Source: Gekko japonicus (taxonomy: Eukaryota). Taken from it: a stretch of 64,000 nucleotides of DNA. The stretch lies in assembly GCF_001447785.1 (NCBI RefSeq), contig NW_015167073.1, positions 370,692 through 434,691 on the forward strand, in the 5' to 3' direction. Numbering within the stretch: the stretch's first letter is position 1; every line of letters starts with the position of its first letter. Below the pieces are notes generated by a model that did not search any database, was not told the DNA's origin, and saw only the letters and a program-made list of their open reading frames with translations. Below are positions 59,871-64,000 of the stretch, piece after piece. The translations under genes were made by a program, and so were the position numbers.

Positions 59871-60092
59871 TTACACACACACACATGTCCCCATCACCCC
59901 TCTTGATTACCCAGCCTCTAGCAACATATGGATGTTGATTTTTAGGGGGAAATTGCATGGCAGGGGGAGGGCGAGAATTAAAATGTTCTTCCAGTCTCCT
60001 GTTCTCCCCTACACTCCCTGACTCTCCATCTACCTAACTCTTCACCCTCTACAGGCACTGGTCTCCTCCTCCATATTTGCAGCCCCGATGAC

Positions 60093-60296
60093 CAATGCTC
60101 CCTCTAAGCTGTGGAGTCTTGTGAGCAAACATTCTCCTTTGTGAGCTACCGGCATTAAAACTGTGAGCGAGAGATTTGGCTACTGCATAAATTAGTTTGC
60201 TCTGGAGCCATCCTTCCTGAGTTCAGACAAAAATGTGTGAGCTGGAGGCTGAAAACCTGAGCTAGCTCACACTCACTCAGCTTAGAGGGAACACTG
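60093..60296. mobile_element. MITE family A
   Basis: TSD cc(g/a)atgac. Confidence 0.88.
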
Positions 60297-60666
60297 CCAA
60301 TGACTATAAACTGTAACCGCGTCTTTAAAATGCTCACAGAGCTATGTGGAGTGAGCAGTCCCATTATTTACAATGACAGCAATGCACTTTTTGTCAACAG
60401 AGTGGTCACTATTGGCAGTCCTGGGTATTGAACGACGGTTGCCAACTGCCCCAAAAGATTAAGGTGACAGCCAACTAAGGATTAAACACTTTAATGAAGG
60501 AGAAGGCTGCAAGTGGAAGACGTCCGAATGGAGAGGGCTTCTTCTGGCAAAACACATTCCAGTAGGAATGGTACCTATTGCCTAAGTTTTGTGTGTGTGT
60601 TTTAAAGGAATGTGGAATTAGATTGTGGATTGGAACCGGAATCCAAATTGGCACAGACCGCTTTCA

Positions 60667-62045
60667 GTACTACTACTACTACTACTAATAATAATAATAA
60701 TAATATACTTTATTGTCATTGTACATAGTACAACGAAATTAAAGGTGCAATCATTCGGTGATCTACAACCATACTCATACATGTTACCAGAGGCATCCAT
60801 TTTGGACTATGTTATGAGTTATGCCTTGTGACTTTAAGCTTGACATAGAACAGGTTAGTGAAGAGACTGTGGAACTCAGAGTTCAACCAGGGGGCAAACC
60901 AAGACAATGACAGCTGCATAGGATGATCATCACCTAGCCAGCGGGGCCCTCAGAGTCGTTAAGCTCTTCATGTATGCAAACATTAAGGTTGATCACCTAC
61001 ACAGAAGCTCATCAGCCAAGCCCAGACCGAGTGTCTCCACCTGACAAGCTTAACAATACAAGTCCTCCCGTGCCAGACCAACAATAGAAGTCCATTACAC
61101 ATAGCAACCATCACGTCAGCGCTACTGGTGACCCGGCACGTACCTCTTGCCCCCGCTCAGACACCTCCCCTTTAGTTAATCGATAGATTGAATATTGACA
61201 TCATAACCAATCACTGACCTTCGGGGTCGGGCTACCTGGTAATCCGTTTGAGTCCACCCCCTCCCCTCACAGCCGAGACCTTAAAACATCTTGCACAGAG
61301 CCAAGAAGGCTACCAACCCCCTTCTTCATACCAACGACCTCTCCCTGTCTGCTTGAACCTCTCTTGACCCACTTGCTATACCAAACTCCCGATAACCGCT
61401 TTGCCTTAGTCTACAGCTAAGGTCAATCCACATGTTCCCGGCTGGTCTGGATTCATGTGTTTTCTACCCCATTTTCTTCCCCTTCCGCCCTCCCATCCAG
61501 CTGGAAGTTTTCGGAGCTGAGCCACGCTATTGGTAAATATACCCCACCAACGATATTCCTGCTAATGCGACTGTGCTGTGATATCTAACTCGTTTTCCTA
61601 GTACTTGTATGCCTGTGTGGTTTTATTATTATTATTGTGTGATTGAACTATATACTCAGTAAAGAAAGTTTTGTTTAACTTCTGTTTCGTCTCGTCATTG
61701 AAACGTAACGGCATAGCCCATCCTGCGTAAACATAGACCTGAATCCCGATTATTAAACTGTTCCAATTGCCTCTCATAAAGAGCAATTCGGCTAACAGAT
61801 CCTCACACAACCATTCACAACCATCCCATAACTCCCTTAAGGTTCACATTGCAACTTAAACCACCAATGTCCCCCAAATTCCAATTTCATACAGCATTTA
61901 AAGCAATAATAGCTCTCGAATAAAAACTATTTTTTAATCTGTTTGTCCTTGTTTTAATTGTCCTATATCTTCTACCCGAAGGCAGCAGTTCAAACAGGGA
62001 GTGTTCAGGGTGTGACAAATCCTGCAGAAATGCGTCTCTAAAGAA
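60667..62045 (-). mobile_element. Rex1/Babar-like LINE 3' end, interrupted by an LTR-like element
   Basis: DLSHPEHSLFELLPSGRRYRTIKTRTNRLKNSFY; (ATT)n(AGT)n tail at 60667-60705. Confidence 0.75.
60782..61797 (+). mobile_element. Probable solo LTR (~1 kb)
   Basis: TGTTA...TAACA termini; CCAAT (61207), TTAAAA (61281), AGTAAA (61658); TSD not resolved. Confidence 0.5.
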
Positions 62046-62698
62046 ACCCAGGGTTCTTCTCCTATACACACACCAGTCTCCCCCAGAGTATTGCAGACCC
62101 AGCAGCATACTTGTGAATCTTGTAAATAAACAGTTCTAGCCATTAAAATGAGCATCAAGGGGACAAAATGCCGAGGACTCTGATCACACTACAAGCCTCA
62201 GGAACGAACCAATGGTGTATCCTTGGCAGTAAGAAGATCTGGGCACTCGGCTCTCCTGCTTTTCACCTTTTTTTCTTAGATATATTTTTATTTTACCGTT
62301 TAAAGGACTACAGAATAAAAAAGAACAAAAGGGAATGTGAGAAGCATAAAGCATAATTTATTTTTAAGGACATTGCATTTTTAAGGGCACTGCATAATGT
62401 AAGAATATAAAACATGGGGAAAACAACATGACATGTCAGAATATGGTAAGAGAATCAATACTTTGATATAATCTATTTCCACATATATATTTCCATCATT
62501 TCCTGTCTATAGGGCTAGGTGAAGAAGCTTGTAGGCAAGGAACATAAGAGAAGAAATACATAAAAAAGCAGTGTTTTTCACCTGCTTAAAGGCTGTCAAC
62601 TTTGATCAGATGAGCTCTAGTTATCATACTGAAAACAGCATTGATTGAAGTATATGCACCTTTGCCCACATGTACCCCCCCCAGTCAACCCATGTTCC

Positions 62699-63103
62699 CA
62701 GGGGTCATTTTGTAGAAAAAGAGGTGCAGGAGCTCATTAGCATAACTCATTAGCATAACTTATTTGCATATGCCACACACCCCTGACATCACCGGAAGTG
62801 TGTCAGAAGGCAACACCCACCGCTCAGGCTCCACTGGACTGTTTTGGAATGCTAGCTATTGGGGGGAGGGGAACGTGATCTGTCCTCGAAGAGGAGGGAG
62901 AGCTTGTACCTGAATAAACCTTGGCCTTAAAGCTGCCACTGGACTGTTTTGGAGGGGGGGCCCTCTGCAACTTACCTGGCTGCTTCTTGCTCTGACTGAG
63001 GGCTTCTGGGAGCAGGGGGCAGGGCTTGTTGCATGTGCCCGCCCTCTGGGCTCTTTACTGCCAGAGCTCCGCTCCTGTGCGCTCCTGCAGGAAATGACCC
63101 CTG
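62699..63103. mobile_element. MITE family B2
   Basis: TSD catgttcc. Confidence 0.9.
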
Positions 63104-63435
63104 CATGTTCCCATGGCTACTGTGATGATAAAATGGAGAGGTGGCTCCTGAAAGAAGGGTGGGGTCTAAATGAGATAGATATTAAATGCTGATTAAGTGC
63201 TATAACATTTATGTGGTGCTGGACAGGATGATGAGAAGCCCCTTTACCTCATGACACCCCGTGGACAGGGAAAGAGAGGAAATAAGGATGAGTCAAGGGT
63301 TGCGCTTAATTAAAGACTGGTAAGATAGCAGTCCCTGAAATGCGCTGCCAGCCATGATAGATGCTAAGGAGGCAAAACTGAGGAAAAAGGGAGTTTTCTT
63401 AGGGTCTTCCTAAAGTAGAGAATATAGAGGCAAAA

Positions 63436-63942
63436 AGAAGAAGAAGAGGAAGAGATTGGATTTATACCCTGCCCTTCACTACCCGAAGGCATCTCAGAGC
63501 GGCTTACAAATGCCTTTCCCTTCCCCTCCCCACAACAGACACCCTGTGAGCAGTGTTTCCTCTAAGCTGAATTAGTGTGAGCTAGCTCACCGTTTTTTTA
63601 GCCTCCGGCTCACACATTTTTGTCTTAGCTCGGGATGGAGGGCTCCAGGGCAAACTAATTCATGCAGTAGCCAAATAGCTCGCTCACAACTTTAATGCCA
63701 GCAGCTCACAAAGTGGAATTTCTGCTCACAAGACTCCACAGCTTAGAGGGAACATTGCCTGTGAGGTGGGTGGGGCTGAGAGAATTCTTGAAAGAAACGG
63801 CTCTTTTTCAAGGACAGCTGTGCCAGAGCTTGTGACTGACCCAAGGTCACATCAGCAGGTGCACGTGGAGGAGTGGGGATCCAAACCCAGTTCTCCCAGA
63901 TTAGAGTCCGCACACTTAACCACTACACCAAACTGGCTCTCC
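63436..63942 (-). mobile_element. Squam3-type SINE interrupted by MITE A (63551-63757)
   Basis: MITE TSD cctgtgag. Confidence 0.9.
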
Positions 63943-64000
63943 TACACCAAACTGGCTCTCTTACACCAACAATACAGCTCCTTCCCTTTATCCTGGCAGG

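Noticed and set aside
59330-64000. Promoter module copy for OR-5
   Set aside because: No convincing match by eye; it probably lies beyond the window.

Overview
Vertebrate genomic DNA from a squamate reptile, most likely a gecko (Sauria SINEs, CTT-tailed Squam3-type SINEs, BovB, CR1, SPIN). The window holds a tandem cluster of five intact, single-coding-exon class II olfactory receptor (OR) genes, all on the minus strand and resembling mammalian OR2D. They are labelled OR-1 to OR-5 from left to right. Each ATG is preceded by a splice acceptor, implying non-coding 5' exons. The rest is a dense, often nested set of LINEs (CR1, L1, L2, RTE-BovB, RTE-X, Rex1), tRNA- and 5S-derived SINEs, hAT-type MITE families, LTR-like pieces and five N gaps. 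The main signal not explained by genes or transposons is a diverged 220-320 bp non-coding module found once upstream of each of OR-1 to OR-4. It carries a TAATGA homeodomain site next to O/E(Ebf)-like sites and is a candidate squamate OR promoter. Other highlights: footprints of lost OR paralogues, an inverted-SINE hairpin in the OR-2 3' flank that replaces ~2.3 kb, an out-of-frame upstream ATG in OR-5, and a TSD-bounded non-coding 1.2-kb L1-type retroelement. Repeat family names come from recognition, not database searches, and repeat boundaries are approximate.
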